Assembly (NCBI GenBank): GCA_963675595.2
Contig: CAXXLZ010000001.1
Location: 1,408,001-1,472,000 of the forward strand
DNA: 64,000 bases
Origin: Thermodesulfobacteriota bacterium
GTDB lineage: Bacteria; Desulfobacterota; Desulfarculia; JACQYL01
Direction of reading: 5' to 3'
Position numbers and translations under genes: made by a program. Positions 1 to 11,143 of this stretch are shown piece by piece. Below the pieces are notes generated by a model. It made no database searches. It was not told the origin of the DNA and saw nothing but the letters and a program-made list of their open reading frames with translations. Numbering within the stretch: the stretch's first letter is position 1; every line of letters begins with the position of its first letter.

Positions 1-2
1 CG

Positions 3-281
3 GTCATCCGCTGTGTGGCCCGCCTTTTTGTCTGCGGCGATGCCCTCTACTCGCGGAGGGCCAGAGAAAACCTCCAGCGGCTGGGGGAGACGCTTCATCA
101 CGTTGAATTCGAGGTGGAGGTCATCGATGTTAACGAGACCCCCCAGCTGGCCCTGGACCAGGGGATTTTCGTCAATCCCGCCCTTCAGGTGCTCGAACCT
201 GCGCCGGGAACGCTGATTTACGGAGACTTGAGCGATTTTCAGGCATTGGCCGCTATATTCCCGAAAGGTGATGACCAATGA
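3..281 (+). CDS. kaiB: KaiB-family (circadian clock KaiB-like) thioredoxin-fold protein, probably 5'-truncated by the window edge
   Basis: RLFVCG..S.RA.ENL...EVEVIDV.E.PQLA...IFVNPAL...P....IYGDLSD matches the KaiB pattern. The frame is open to the window start. The stop overlaps the next ATG (ATGA). Confidence 0.85.
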   Translation, partial: VIRCVARLFVCGDALYSRRARENLQRLGETLHHVEFEVEVIDVNETPQLALDQGIFVNPALQVLEPAPGTLIYGDLSDFQALAAIFPKGDDQ

Positions 282-3200
282 GCGCCTCGAAATCACCGCC
301 TTACGATGAGTTGAAGCGGCGCATGGAGGCTGCGGAATCGGCGCTGAAGGCCATCCGGGAGGGCCGCGTGGACACCATTTTGGGCGAACGCGAGACCCTG
401 GTGGTTCGCCTGGCCGAAGCTGAGGCCAGGGAAGCGCATCTGAAGCAGGTGCTATTGGCCATCCGTAACGTCAACCAACTCATCGTGGCAGAGGACGACC
501 CGCAGCGCCTGATCGAGCAGGCTTGTGTGAATCTGACGGAAACAATGGGGTATCACAACGCCTGGATCGCCCTGCTGGGCGGCAAAGCGGGTCTGGGGCT
601 GGGGCTGGGGACGGAAGGGCCGGTGGCGACTGCAGCGGCTGCTGGGTTCGACGTTGGGTTCGAGACCCTGCGCGAGCGCCTCGAGCGCGGGGAATTCCCG
701 GAATGCATGAAGCGTGCAATGGAAAACGAGGACACGCTTGTGAAGGACGATCCCATGGTGGATTGTCCCGACTGCCCCCTGCACGCCCAATACGGCGGCC
801 GCGCCGGTTTGGTCCGCCGCCTGGACGCGGGCGGCGTGACCTACGGCATCCTGACGGCCTCCGTTCCCGCCGCCTACGCCCGAAACGCCGAAGAACAGGA
901 ACTCTTCAACGAAGTGGCCGGCGATCTGGCCTTTGCCCTCTACAAGATCGCAGCGGCGCGAAAATTGGAGGAAAACCGCCAACATCTTTCTTTCGTCATC
1001 GAAGGGTCGGGCGTGGGAACCTGGGAATGGAACGTCCGGACCAATGAAACCCTCTTCAACGAGCAATGGGCGACCATGCTCGGATACACCATCGAGGAAC
1101 TGACGCCTTACGACTACGGGACCTGGGAACGCCTGGTCCACCCGGAAGACCTCGAGCGGGCGCGCCAAGCTCTGGCGGATTGCGTTGAGGGCAGGACGAC
1201 CGACTACAACTGCGAATTCCGCATGAAGCACAAGGACGGCCGTTGGGTCTGGATTCTCGACCGAGGGCGCATCATGACCCGCGACGATGCGGGCAAGGCG
1301 CTATCCATGTTCGGCACGCATACCGACATCACTGATCTCAAACAGACTGAAGAGGCGCTCAAACGACAGCACACCATGCTGGCCCGGACGGAGGCTATAG
1401 CTCATGTGGGCAGCTGGGAGTGGGATATCGCCGAGGACCGTGTGCGTTGGTCAGATGAGCTGTTCCGGATATTCGGACGCAACCCCGACACTGAGGCCCC
1501 GTCATTCGCCCAACATTTGGAAATCTATTTGCCAGAGGATATGGAGCGCCTAAAGGAGGCGGTTGAACACTGCGTATCCCAGGGGACGTCCTATGAACTA
1601 GAGCTCAGGGCCATTCGATCCGACGGTGAAATCCGGCACTGCTTCGCGAGGGGGCAGGCGGAAACCGATGAGACCGGCCGGGTCGTCAGACTCGCAGGCT
1701 CCTTGCAGGACCTCACGGAACAAAAAAAACAGCACGAACGTATTTCCCTACTCGTCCGCATGCTCGACGAGGCCCCCGCTTCGATCACGATTCACGACGT
1801 CGAGGGGGGCTTTCTTTACGCCAACCGTGAGACTTTTTCGCTCCATGGGTACGATGAAGACGAATTCATGTCCATCAACCTTCATGAGCTGGACGTTCCC
1901 GAGAGCGAGGCTCTGCTGGAAGAACGCTTCCGGCTGATTTTCGAAAAAGGAGAGGCGTCTTTCGAGGTTAATCATTATCGCAAGGACGGGACCGCATTTC
2001 CACTTCAGGTACTTGCAAAGCAGGTTCAATGGGAGGACCGCCCAGCGGTGTTGAGCATCGCCACCGACATTTCAGATCGCAAGCGCATGGAGAGGCGGCA
2101 TCAGGTTCTGGCCGACATCATCAAACGCAGCCGGGACTTCATTGGTGTTGCCGACTTTCGTAAGGAGGCGTTTTTCGTGAATCCCGCCGGCCGGGAAATG
2201 GTCGGGCTCGACGGGGACGAAGAAGTCGCCGGAACAAAGATCGAGGATTATTTTCTCAAGGAGGATATCGCTTTCGTCAATAATGTCATTATCCCAACCG
2301 TGGTGCAGGAGGGGCGATGGGCGGGCGAGTTCCGGTTCCGTCATTTCAAAACCGGAAAATCGGTTCCGGTTCTTTACGATCTCTTTCGCTCTGAGGACCC
2401 TTCAACCGGAGAAATGATCAATTACGCCACTGTTACGCGCGACATCACCGAACGCAAGCGGACCGAAGACGCCCTGAAGTTCGCCAACACGAAACTCTCC
2501 ATTGCCATGCAGGCCGCAGGACAGGGTCTTTGGGAGTGGAGTCTCAGCACGGATACCGTCCATTTTGATGATGCGGCCCTGGAAATGCTAGGCTATCGGC
2601 GTGAGGATATCCAGGGGCCTATGGAAACCGGTAAATGGTGGATCAGCCAAGCACATCCCGATGACAAAGCATACATGGAGGAACGGTTCGACCGTTATCT
2701 TTCGGGCAAGGAAAAGGAATACCATGTCGAATTCCGCCTCAAAGACAAGGACGGCGGCTACCTATGGGTGGAATCGTCAGCAAGAGTGATTTCGAAGGAC
2801 CCTGCCGGGAACCCCGAGGTTGTGGTGGGTATCCACCAGGATATATCCAAAAGGAAAAGGATCGAGCAGAATCTGATCCAATCGGAAAAGAATTACCGGG
2901 ATATTTTTGACAACAGCAGCGACTGCATCTTCATCCATGACGCCACCACCGGCGCCATCGTGGATGTCAACCGAACCACATGCGAGACCTTTGGTTATTC
3001 GGTCGAGGAAATAAAGCACCTCGAGGTGGGAGACTTCAGCCTGAACCGGCCGCCTTACACCAGCGCCGAGGCAGTGGAGTGGATCAAAAAGGCCCACAAG
3101 GAAGGCCCGCAGCGCTTTGAATGGCTTGCCAAAGACCGTATGGGACGGCTGATCTGGTTCGAAAACAACCTTCTGAACGCCCAAATCGGTGGAAAAGACA

Positions 3201-5980
3201 GGATTCTGGTTTTTGGCAGCAATATTGACGACCGGAAACAGATCGAGCGGGAACTTCGCAGAAGTGAGGAACATTTTCGATTTATCGTGGATCATTCGTA
3301 TGACCTGATATGGACACTGATGGTAGATGGCGTGTTCTCCTATGTTTCCCCTTCATGGAAAACAAGACTCGGCTATCAACCGTCGGATGTCATGGGCGAG
3401 GCGTTTCAACAGTTTGTCCATCCCGATGATATTGCCGGGTGCGAAGAGTATATGTGGAAGGTTCTTGATGCACATAGCGCCTTAACCGGATATCAGTACC
3501 GAGCCAGGCATGCCGACGGGTCGTGGAGATGGCATGAAGCTGTTATGACGCCCACTTATGCCGAAGACGATTCGTTCCTCTCTTTCGTCGGCGTCTCAAG
3601 AGATATTACCGACCGTAAGCGACTGGAAGAGGTCTTGCGCGAGAGCGAGCAGCGGCTTCAAGCCGTGTTCAACGCCGTGGACAGCGTCCCGATTCAGGGA
3701 TACGACAAGGATCGGCGGGTTGTCTTCTGGAATCCCGCCAGCGAGAAGCTTTATGGCTATATCCATGACGAAGCCGTTGGCCGGCCTTTGGAGGAACTAA
3801 TCATTCCCGAGGAGTCTCGGGAATCGGTAGTGGAAGCGATCCGGCAGTGGCACGATCACGACATTCCCATCCCCGCGGGCGAGATCGAGCTTCTTAACAA
3901 GAATTGCGAGCGGCTTCAGGTCCACTCCAACCACATCATGATCACCAACCATCGCGGCGACAAGGAAATGTTCTGCATCGACGTGGACCTGACCGACATC
4001 CGACGGATCGAACAGAGCATGGCCTCCTTGTCGGCGGTTGTCGAGAACAGTGACAATATCGTGGTCGTCAAGGATTTGGATCTTCGCGTCGTCGCGACGA
4101 ACCCGGCCTTCGCGAAAGCCGCCGGCCACCCCACGGTCGATACGATGATCGGAAAGACGGACGCCGAAATTTTCGGCGTCACGCCCGACACCGAGCCGAT
4201 TCGCTCCTACATGGAAGATGAACGTCGCGCTCAGACCCTGCCGCCGGGCGAGTACATCCTGCGCGAGGAACCGGTTGTGACCCCTGACGGCGGGGTGCGT
4301 ACGGTTCTGACCAAAAAGTATCCGATCTATGACCGATCGGGGAACTTGATTGGAACAGGCAACATCTCCACCGACATCACCGAGCGCAAGCAGGCTGAAG
4401 AACGGCAGAAAAATCTAGCGACCGAACTCGAAGAGATCCTTGATTCTTTGCCTGATGCAGTGGTGTATGCCGATACGGATCGCCGAATCAAGAAGGTGAA
4501 TCCTTCGTTTACGCGCATTTTCGGATATAACCGTGATGAGATTCTTGGAAAGAAGACTCGAATTATTTACCGCAATGATGAGGAATACCTTGAGCAAGGT
4601 CGTAAGCGGTACAATCCGAAAGCCCCGCAAATGTGGGAACCATATGAATTCTATCATGTTCGAAAGGACGGGACCGAATTTATCAGTGAAACTGTCGGAA
4701 CACCGGTCCACAACTCACAAGGGGAAGTTGTCGGCCTGCTCGGACTCGTACGGGACATCACGGAGAAAAAACAAAGTGAATCAGAGAATGAAAAGCTGCA
4801 GGCCCAACTCCGTCAGGCTCAGAAAATGGAGTCGGTGGGTCGACTGGCCGGCGGCGTTGCCCACGATTTCAACAACATGCTGGGCGTAATCCTGGGCTCC
4901 GCGGAAATGGCGTTGGATGATACGAGTCCTTATGATCCGCAGTATGCAAGCCTGAAGGAAATCTACAAGGCGGCTCGGCGTTCTTCGGATCTTACCAGGC
5001 AACTCCTTGCCTTCGCTCGAAAGCAGACGATTTCTCCAGAAATCCTGGACTTGAACAAGACCGTGGAAGCTATGCTCAAAATGCTCAGGCGACTCATCGG
5101 CGAAGACATCGACCTCTCCTGGATGCCGGGAAGCCCCTTATGGAAGGTCAAAATGGATCCTTCCCAAATTGATCAAATACTGGCCAATCTATGCGTCAAT
5201 GCAAAAGATGCCATTGCGGGGACGGGCCGGGTCACCATCGAGACCGTGAATGTTACCTTGGACGAGGCACAATGTGCGGAGCAAGTCGGCTTCTTGCCCG
5301 GCGAATATGTCCTCTTGGCTTTGAGCGATAACGGTTGCGGAATGGATTCCGAGACGATGTCACACTTGTTCGAGCCTTTTTTCACCACCAAAGCGGTCGG
5401 CCATGGCACTGGGCTTGGCTTAGCCACGATCTACGGCATCGTCAAACAGAATGGGGGGTTCATCTACGTCGAAAGCGAGCCGGGCAGAGGAACAACATTT
5501 TCCATTTATTTTCCGAGACACGTGTATAAGGTGGAAGCCTTCTCCCGTGCCGAAACCAAGACTTCGGCGGAACTCGGCAGCGAAACCATTCTATTGGTGG
5601 AGGATGAAGAAGCCATGTTGAACATGGCGAAGACCATGCTGGAACGGCTGGGATACCGCGTCTTGGCCTGCGGAACGCCCGTCGAAGCGGAGCGATTGAC
5701 GCTGGAACACGGCGGCGAAATCCATCTGCTCATGACCGATGTGATCATGCCGGAAATGAACGGCAGGGAACTGGCCGAAAGGCTCATATCTCGATATCCG
5801 AACATGAGAAGCCTTTTTACATCCGGTTACACGGCGGATGTCATCGGTCGCCATGGAGTGCTTAACGAGGGCGTGCACTTCATACAGAAGCCGTTCTCCA
5901 AGAAGGACTTGGCGGCCAAGGTTCGGGAAGCCCTTTCGACAATACCTCGTCTTGGTCCAAGAGACTACCAAGGGGGCTGA
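278..5980 (+). CDS. Hybrid sensor histidine kinase: GAF, ~10 PAS/PAC, HisKA, HATPase, C-terminal receiver
   Basis: 1900 aa ORF with repeated PAS motifs (RHKDG, DITERK), H-box [16 protein letters not shown]-box FFTTK..G.GTGLGL, and a receiver (LLVEDE..LLMTDVIMP..FIQKPF). Confidence 0.95.
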   Translation: MSASKSPPYDELKRRMEAAESALKAIREGRVDTILGERETLVVRLAEAEAREAHLKQVLLAIRNVNQLIVAEDDPQRLIEQACVNLTETMGYHNAWIALLGGKAGLGLGLGTEGPVATAAAAGFDVGFETLRERLERGEFPECMKRAMENEDTLVKDDPMVDCPDCPLHAQYGGRAGLVRRLDAGGVTYGILTASVPAAYARNAEEQELFNEVAGDLAFALYKIAAARKLEENRQHLSFVIEGSGVGTWEWNVRTNETLFNEQWATMLGYTIEELTPYDYGTWERLVHPEDLERARQALADCVEGRTTDYNCEFRMKHKDGRWVWILDRGRIMTRDDAGKALSMFGTHTDITDLKQTEEALKRQHTMLARTEAIAHVGSWEWDIAEDRVRWSDELFRIFGRNPDTEAPSFAQHLEIYLPEDMERLKEAVEHCVSQGTSYELELRAIRSDGEIRHCFARGQAETDETGRVVRLAGSLQDLTEQKKQHERISLLVRMLDEAPASITIHDVEGGFLYANRETFSLHGYDEDEFMSINLHELDVPESEALLEERFRLIFEKGEASFEVNHYRKDGTAFPLQVLAKQVQWEDRPAVLSIATDISDRKRMERRHQVLADIIKRSRDFIGVADFRKEAFFVNPAGREMVGLDGDEEVAGTKIEDYFLKEDIAFVNNVIIPTVVQEGRWAGEFRFRHFKTGKSVPVLYDLFRSEDPSTGEMINYATVTRDITERKRTEDALKFANTKLSIAMQAAGQGLWEWSLSTDTVHFDDAALEMLGYRREDIQGPMETGKWWISQAHPDDKAYMEERFDRYLSGKEKEYHVEFRLKDKDGGYLWVESSARVISKDPAGNPEVVVGIHQDISKRKRIEQNLIQSEKNYRDIFDNSSDCIFIHDATTGAIVDVNRTTCETFGYSVEEIKHLEVGDFSLNRPPYTSAEAVEWIKKAHKEGPQRFEWLAKDRMGRLIWFENNLLNAQIGGKDRILVFGSNIDDRKQIERELRRSEEHFRFIVDHSYDLIWTLMVDGVFSYVSPSWKTRLGYQPSDVMGEAFQQFVHPDDIAGCEEYMWKVLDAHSALTGYQYRARHADGSWRWHEAVMTPTYAEDDSFLSFVGVSRDITDRKRLEEVLRESEQRLQAVFNAVDSVPIQGYDKDRRVVFWNPASEKLYGYIHDEAVGRPLEELIIPEESRESVVEAIRQWHDHDIPIPAGEIELLNKNCERLQVHSNHIMITNHRGDKEMFCIDVDLTDIRRIEQSMASLSAVVENSDNIVVVKDLDLRVVATNPAFAKAAGHPTVDTMIGKTDAEIFGVTPDTEPIRSYMEDERRAQTLPPGEYILREEPVVTPDGGVRTVLTKKYPIYDRSGNLIGTGNISTDITERKQAEERQKNLATELEEILDSLPDAVVYADTDRRIKKVNPSFTRIFGYNRDEILGKKTRIIYRNDEEYLEQGRKRYNPKAPQMWEPYEFYHVRKDGTEFISETVGTPVHNSQGEVVGLLGLVRDITEKKQSESENEKLQAQLRQAQKMESVGRLAGGVAHDFNNMLGVILGSAEMALDDTSPYDPQYASLKEIYKAARRSSDLTRQLLAFARKQTISPEILDLNKTVEAMLKMLRRLIGEDIDLSWMPGSPLWKVKMDPSQIDQILANLCVNAKDAIAGTGRVTIETVNVTLDEAQCAEQVGFLPGEYVLLALSDNGCGMDSETMSHLFEPFFTTKAVGHGTGLGLATIYGIVKQNGGFIYVESEPGRGTTFSIYFPRHVYKVEAFSRAETKTSAELGSETILLVEDEEAMLNMAKTMLERLGYRVLACGTPVEAERLTLEHGGEIHLLMTDVIMPEMNGRELAERLISRYPNMRSLFTSGYTADVIGRHGVLNEGVHFIQKPFSKKDLAAKVREALSTIPRLGPRDYQGG

Positions 5981-6033
5981 GCTGAGTCGGAAGTTATTGG
6001 ATATCAGGCTCAAGCTCAAATATCCGGATCACT

Positions 6034-9000
6034 TTGCACAACAAGATACACCCGCATTTTCCGGAATTCATGGTGATCGATATGTCCGACCGGAACGTTC
6101 AAACCGTATTCGTGGTCAACGACGATCATGTTCAGCTTTCCATATTGGAAGCGCTGATACGAAAGGCGGGTCATGAGCCGCGTGTTTTCAGCTCTGCGGA
6201 ACAGGCTTTGAATGCCGTGGATCCGCTGCAGCCTCCTTCACTCGTTGTGACCGATTTACATATGCCGGGTATCGACGGTTGGCAACTTTGCAGACTGATG
6301 CGTTCACCCGAATATGCTTTTTTGATGAACGTTCCCATCATCGTAGTATCGGCGACCTTTTATGGTGACGAACCCGAACGGATTGCCGCGGACCTCGGAG
6401 TCGCCGCTTTTTTCACGTCTCCGGTGGATGGCGATGATTTCGTTCGGCAGGTGAGGGCCGTTCTGGAGGTAAGGCACAGCCTTATTCCTTCACGCGTCCT
6501 GATCGTCGAAGATGCACGGACCTTGTCCGGAATGATTGAGAAAGCCTTCACCGAAGAAGAGTATCAAGTCCACAAGGCATTTACGATAGAAGCCGCCAAG
6601 GAAGCCTTATCCACGGCCTTGTACGATTTGGCCGTGATCGACCATGATCTGGCCGACGGCAAGGGCGATAACCTGCTGGAACTGCTGAAAGCACAACAAC
6701 CTGATTGCGTCTGTTTGATGATGACAGGCGACTCGAATCCGCAAAGGGCGATTGATTGGATGAAACGAGGCGCCGCGGCTTACCTTCGCAAGCCTTTCGA
6801 TCCCGATCATCTTATCGAATTATGCCGGCGGGCACGACGTGAACGCACACTGCTCCGGACCCAGAACTTGCTTGAAATTCGGACGCACGAACTGAAGGAA
6901 AGCAGGCACCAATTTCAACAAATCTTTGAAGGCAGTCGGGACGGATTTGTCATCGTTGATGAACAACAGCGAATCACAAACGCGAACCGCGCCTTTTGCC
7001 GAATGTTGGGCTACTCCCTTGAGGAGTTACGGGCCATGGCCGGTTTTCAAAAGATCACCCCGTCACGCTGGCACCAATGGGAAGATGAGGAAATCTGGAA
7101 TAAACGCTTGCTGCAAGAGGGTTATTCGGGAGTTTACGAAAAGGAGTACATACGCAAAGATGGTTCAATATTTCCCGTGGAGCTCCAAGCCTACACGGTT
7201 TTGGATGAAAACGGCAAGATATCCTATCTATGGGGGGTCGCACGAGACATCTCTGAGCACAAACAGGCGGATGCATCCCTGCGTCGAAGTCAATCCCGCT
7301 ACCAATCCCTGACCGAGAATTTTCCCAACGGCGCGATTTTTCTATTTGACGAAGACTTTCGCTACCTCTTGGTAGGAGGCGAAAGCCTGCGCAAAGCCGG
7401 GCTTTCGAGTGAGGAGCTTGTGGGCAGAACGGTAAAGGAAGTTTTTCCCGACTTATGGAGCACAATACGTCCCCACGCTCAGGCGGCCTTGCGCGGAGAA
7501 AAGAGTTATTACGAAGTCGAGTATAAAGGTCGTATCTATTCGAATCAGGCGTTGCCCATCAAGGATCCTTCCACTAGCTTTCGCCAAGCCCTCGTTCTCA
7601 CGCAGGATATCACAGAACGCAAACGGATTGAGGAGGCGTTGTCCAAAAGCGAGGAAAAGTACCGCGTCCTGGTAGAGAACGCAGGAGAGGCCATCTTCGT
7701 CGCTCAAAACGGGAGGCTGAAGTTTCACAACAGCAGGACCGAGACGATGATCGGTTTCAGCAAGGACGAACTGACATCCAAACCTTTCATTGACTTCATA
7801 CATCCCGAAGACCGTTCACTCGTGCTGAATCGACACATGAAAAGACTGCAGGGAGAGATCGATGAGCCCTCCAAGTACAGCTTCAGGATCGTGCACCGTT
7901 CAGGGAAGACACTCTGGGTTGAGCTAAAGGTGGTCCTCATCGAATGGTTCGGAGAACGGGCCACGCTGAATTTCTTGTCCGATATCACCGATCGGAAACG
8001 GGCTGAAGGAGCGCTGCTCGCCAGTGAAATCCGTTTCCGTGATCTGGCAAGACAAGCACCTTTCAGCATTCAGGTACTCGATCTTAGCGGCAAGACACTG
8101 CAGGTCAACGATGAGTGGAACCGACTGTGGGGAATAAGTCTTGCCGATATCGCACATTACAACATCTTTGAAGACCGGCAGCTCCTGGAAAACGGGGTTA
8201 TAGAGCACGTCAAAAGGGCGTTTTGTGGCGAGAACGTGATCATTCCGCCGATGGAATATTCAGCTGAGAAAACCGTTGGAAAGGGACAAAGTAGGTGGGT
8301 TCAGGCACGTGCCTTTCCGGTTCGGGACGAGTTGGGCAATATCCGAGAGGTCACCCTGATACATGAAGATATTGGCGAGCGCAAGCGTGCCGAGGAGGCA
8401 CTCAAACAAAGCGAAGCAAAATATCGCGCCCTTGTTGAAAACAGCACCGACATCATATGGACTTACGATCTCGCTTCAAAGAAATATACTTTTGCAGCCG
8501 GCGCCCTCGAATCCACATTAGGATATTCGCCTAACGAGGCCTCCGGCATGAGCCTCGACGATCTGTTCGACTCAGACACCAAGAAGAGGATTTCCGCCGA
8601 ATTCCAGAAAATTTTGGAAAGTAACGGACAAGACAAAAAGATCAAGATCGAAGCAACACATCGCCACAAGAACGGCGGTTACGTCCCACTCGAGATATTC
8701 GCTTCTTTGGTGCGTGACGACAAAGAAAGACCTGTCGCTTTCAGTGGAGTTTCCCGCGACATCACGGAGCGTCTCCAAAACGAAAAGGCGCTGCGCGAAA
8801 GCGAAGAGCGATTCCGAATGCTCCTGAACGACGTATCCATGGTATCCGTCCAAGGCTACGCACCGGACGGAACGACGCTATATTGGAATGAGGGTTCACG
8901 GATTCTATACGGATATACTTCGGACGAAGCGCTCGGTTCCAACCTGTTGGACCTGATCATCCCTCCTGAAATGCGAGATGAAGTAGCCACAGCGATTCGT

Positions 9001-10338
9001 CAAATGGCCGAAACAGGACGACCTATTCCCCCTTCCGAATTGGAACTAATGCGAAAAGACGGCACCCGTGTTCAGGTTTTTTCTTCTCATTGCATACTTA
9101 AGCGATCCGGGCGGCCCCAAGAGCTCTATTGCGTCGACGTAAACCTAAGCGCCATCAAACAGGCCGAGGTGGAACGGGAAAGAATGCGGGAGCAGCTGCT
9201 TCAGGCTCAGAAAATGGAGTCGGTGGGTCGACTGGCCGGGGGCGTAGCCCACGATTTCAACAACATGCTGGGCGTTATTCTTGGCCACGTGGAATTGGCC
9301 CTGCAACAATCGGTGCCGGATGACCCGCTCTTCACCCCTCTGCAGGAAATCCAAAAAGCCGCGCGGCGATCCGCAGACCTGACTGGACAACTCCTAGCCT
9401 TCGCCCGGAAGCAGCCGGTAAGACCCAAGAACCTTGACCTGAACATTACAGTGTCAGGCATGCTTACGATGCTCCACAGGCTGATCGGAGAGAATATTCA
9501 GCTTGTATGGAGGCCCGAAGGTGATCTATGGCAAGTCAGGATGGATCCAGCGCAATTGGACCAGATTCTAGTGAATCTATGTGTCAATGCCCGCGATGCC
9601 ATTGGAGAATGTGGCAAAATAGCCATACAAACACGGAACGTCTCTTTGAACAAAGTAGAGAGTGGCATGCCTCCGGAATTTGTTCCCGGCTGCTATGTGC
9701 TCCTCACCGTATCCGATGACGGATGCGGTATGGACAAAAACACATTGGACAAGCTCTTCGAGCCTTTCTTTACCACCAAGGGAGTCGGCAAAGGAACCGG
9801 TTTGGGCTTGGCTACAGTGTACGGTATTGTCCGCCAGAATAACGGGTTTGTGAACGTCGACAGCAAACTTGGGCAGGGAACGACTTTCAGCGTTTATTTA
9901 CCTCGGCATGACAAGGCACCGGATTCCAAACCACTTGAAGCTACCGCCAGCCCATCGGTAGTCGTCCTAGAAACGATTCTGGTGGTAGAGGATGAGCCGA
10001 TGATCCTCAATATTACCAAAACAATGCTTGAGCGGTTGGGATATAAGGTTTTGGCCGCTGGTAATCCCCGCGAAGCAATTCGCATAGCCGATGAGCATGA
10101 CGAAGAAATTCATCTGCTCATGACCGACGTCATCATGCCGGAAATGAACGGCAAGGAACTGGCGGAACGTGTGAGGTCTCGGTATCCCAAAATCGGAATA
10201 CTGTTCACTTCCGGATACACGGCCGATGTCATCGCAGATCACGGGGTTTTAAGCGAAGGTATCCACTTCATTCAGAAGCCTTTTTCACAGAACGATTTGG
10301 CAACCAAAGCAAAAAAAGCCCTGGATGGCAGACGGTGA
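6034..10338 (+). CDS. Hybrid histidine kinase REC-REC-PAS(n)-HisKA-HATPase-REC (true start may be ~6082)
   Basis: Two N-terminal receivers (VVTDLHMP, AVIDHDL), multiple PAS domains, H-box AHDFNNML, and a C-terminal receiver. Confidence 0.95.
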   Translation: MHNKIHPHFPEFMVIDMSDRNVQTVFVVNDDHVQLSILEALIRKAGHEPRVFSSAEQALNAVDPLQPPSLVVTDLHMPGIDGWQLCRLMRSPEYAFLMNVPIIVVSATFYGDEPERIAADLGVAAFFTSPVDGDDFVRQVRAVLEVRHSLIPSRVLIVEDARTLSGMIEKAFTEEEYQVHKAFTIEAAKEALSTALYDLAVIDHDLADGKGDNLLELLKAQQPDCVCLMMTGDSNPQRAIDWMKRGAAAYLRKPFDPDHLIELCRRARRERTLLRTQNLLEIRTHELKESRHQFQQIFEGSRDGFVIVDEQQRITNANRAFCRMLGYSLEELRAMAGFQKITPSRWHQWEDEEIWNKRLLQEGYSGVYEKEYIRKDGSIFPVELQAYTVLDENGKISYLWGVARDISEHKQADASLRRSQSRYQSLTENFPNGAIFLFDEDFRYLLVGGESLRKAGLSSEELVGRTVKEVFPDLWSTIRPHAQAALRGEKSYYEVEYKGRIYSNQALPIKDPSTSFRQALVLTQDITERKRIEEALSKSEEKYRVLVENAGEAIFVAQNGRLKFHNSRTETMIGFSKDELTSKPFIDFIHPEDRSLVLNRHMKRLQGEIDEPSKYSFRIVHRSGKTLWVELKVVLIEWFGERATLNFLSDITDRKRAEGALLASEIRFRDLARQAPFSIQVLDLSGKTLQVNDEWNRLWGISLADIAHYNIFEDRQLLENGVIEHVKRAFCGENVIIPPMEYSAEKTVGKGQSRWVQARAFPVRDELGNIREVTLIHEDIGERKRAEEALKQSEAKYRALVENSTDIIWTYDLASKKYTFAAGALESTLGYSPNEASGMSLDDLFDSDTKKRISAEFQKILESNGQDKKIKIEATHRHKNGGYVPLEIFASLVRDDKERPVAFSGVSRDITERLQNEKALRESEERFRMLLNDVSMVSVQGYAPDGTTLYWNEGSRILYGYTSDEALGSNLLDLIIPPEMRDEVATAIRQMAETGRPIPPSELELMRKDGTRVQVFSSHCILKRSGRPQELYCVDVNLSAIKQAEVERERMREQLLQAQKMESVGRLAGGVAHDFNNMLGVILGHVELALQQSVPDDPLFTPLQEIQKAARRSADLTGQLLAFARKQPVRPKNLDLNITVSGMLTMLHRLIGENIQLVWRPEGDLWQVRMDPAQLDQILVNLCVNARDAIGECGKIAIQTRNVSLNKVESGMPPEFVPGCYVLLTVSDDGCGMDKNTLDKLFEPFFTTKGVGKGTGLGLATVYGIVRQNNGFVNVDSKLGQGTTFSVYLPRHDKAPDSKPLEATASPSVVVLETILVVEDEPMILNITKTMLERLGYKVLAAGNPREAIRIADEHDEEIHLLMTDVIMPEMNGKELAERVRSRYPKIGILFTSGYTADVIADHGVLSEGIHFIQKPFSQNDLATKAKKALDGRR

Positions 10339-10355
10339 GAACGCAATCTTAACCG

Positions 10356-10775
10356 TCAGAAGAAACCAAACAACCCCCGGTCCTTCTTCTCCTGCATCAC
10401 GCCTTTACGCTCTCTGGCCGACGCCGCAATGCCGGCGAGCTTCTCCAATGACTTCGCGAACCTGCTCGAAAAGACCCAGCCTTCCCGATAACCGTGCCGC
10501 TTATTGAAGCGAGAGACGTGGTCAATCAGCCCCATACGCCGCATCTTACTTCGGACGGTTTCGAGGATTCTCGATGAAAAACTGTATTTATTGCATAACG
10601 GCTGAAGGGTGCTCAAGAATTCATGCTTAGCATACTTGAGTTCGATGAAGATTGCGAGAAAAACTCGCTGATGGTTCTTGTTGGCTGGGAATAGGATAGC
10701 CGCGAGTTCATCCAGGTCCCGAGTCCTCGCGATCTTGTTATGGCTGAGTTCGATTTTGGTGCTGACGGTTGCCAT
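10356..10775 (-). CDS. Hypothetical basic protein, possible winged helix
   Basis: The ATG at 10775 overlaps the upstream TGA (GAGGTGATG). The segment ILETVRSKMRRMGLI...GWVFS is wHTH-like. Confidence 0.6.
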   Translation of the reverse strand: MATVSTKIELSHNKIARTRDLDELAAILFPANKNHQRVFLAIFIELKYAKHEFLSTLQPLCNKYSFSSRILETVRSKMRRMGLIDHVSRFNKRHGYREGWVFSSRFAKSLEKLAGIAASARERKGVMQEKKDRGLFGFF

Positions 10776-11143
10776 CACCTCGTATGCCGGCACCGGCCGA
10801 TGGCCGGCTTACCGTAACCATTCTCTTTCAGGGCTTCCTTCCGCAGTTCGACTCGTTGTTTCGCGATTTCGAGAGCCATGCCCCTAAGCTCAGTGCCAAA
10901 GGTATTTTCAACCCAATAAATCGCCTCATAGGCCGAGACGTACTTGTCACCAAAGAGCCTTTGAAACCGCCACCTGATTCCCTGGCGGGTGAGCCCAAAG
11001 GTATTCTCGATCTTGTCGCCGTAATTTCTGCGCAATACGAACCGCTTCAGGCCGTCCTCCTTCAGTTCAATCTTGAGGTCTCTATCGTCGATCAACATCT
11101 TGAGCTTTTCAATGAACTCCTTGTCCTTTTCAGTCAATTTCAT
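10775..11143 (-). CDS. Hypothetical protein, possible HTH (FGLTRQGIRWRF)
   Basis: ORF overlapping both neighbours in a three-gene operon. Confidence 0.6.
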   Translation of the reverse strand: MKLTEKDKEFIEKLKMLIDDRDLKIELKEDGLKRFVLRRNYGDKIENTFGLTRQGIRWRFQRLFGDKYVSAYEAIYWVENTFGTELRGMALEIAKQRVELRKEALKENGYGKPAIGRCRHTR

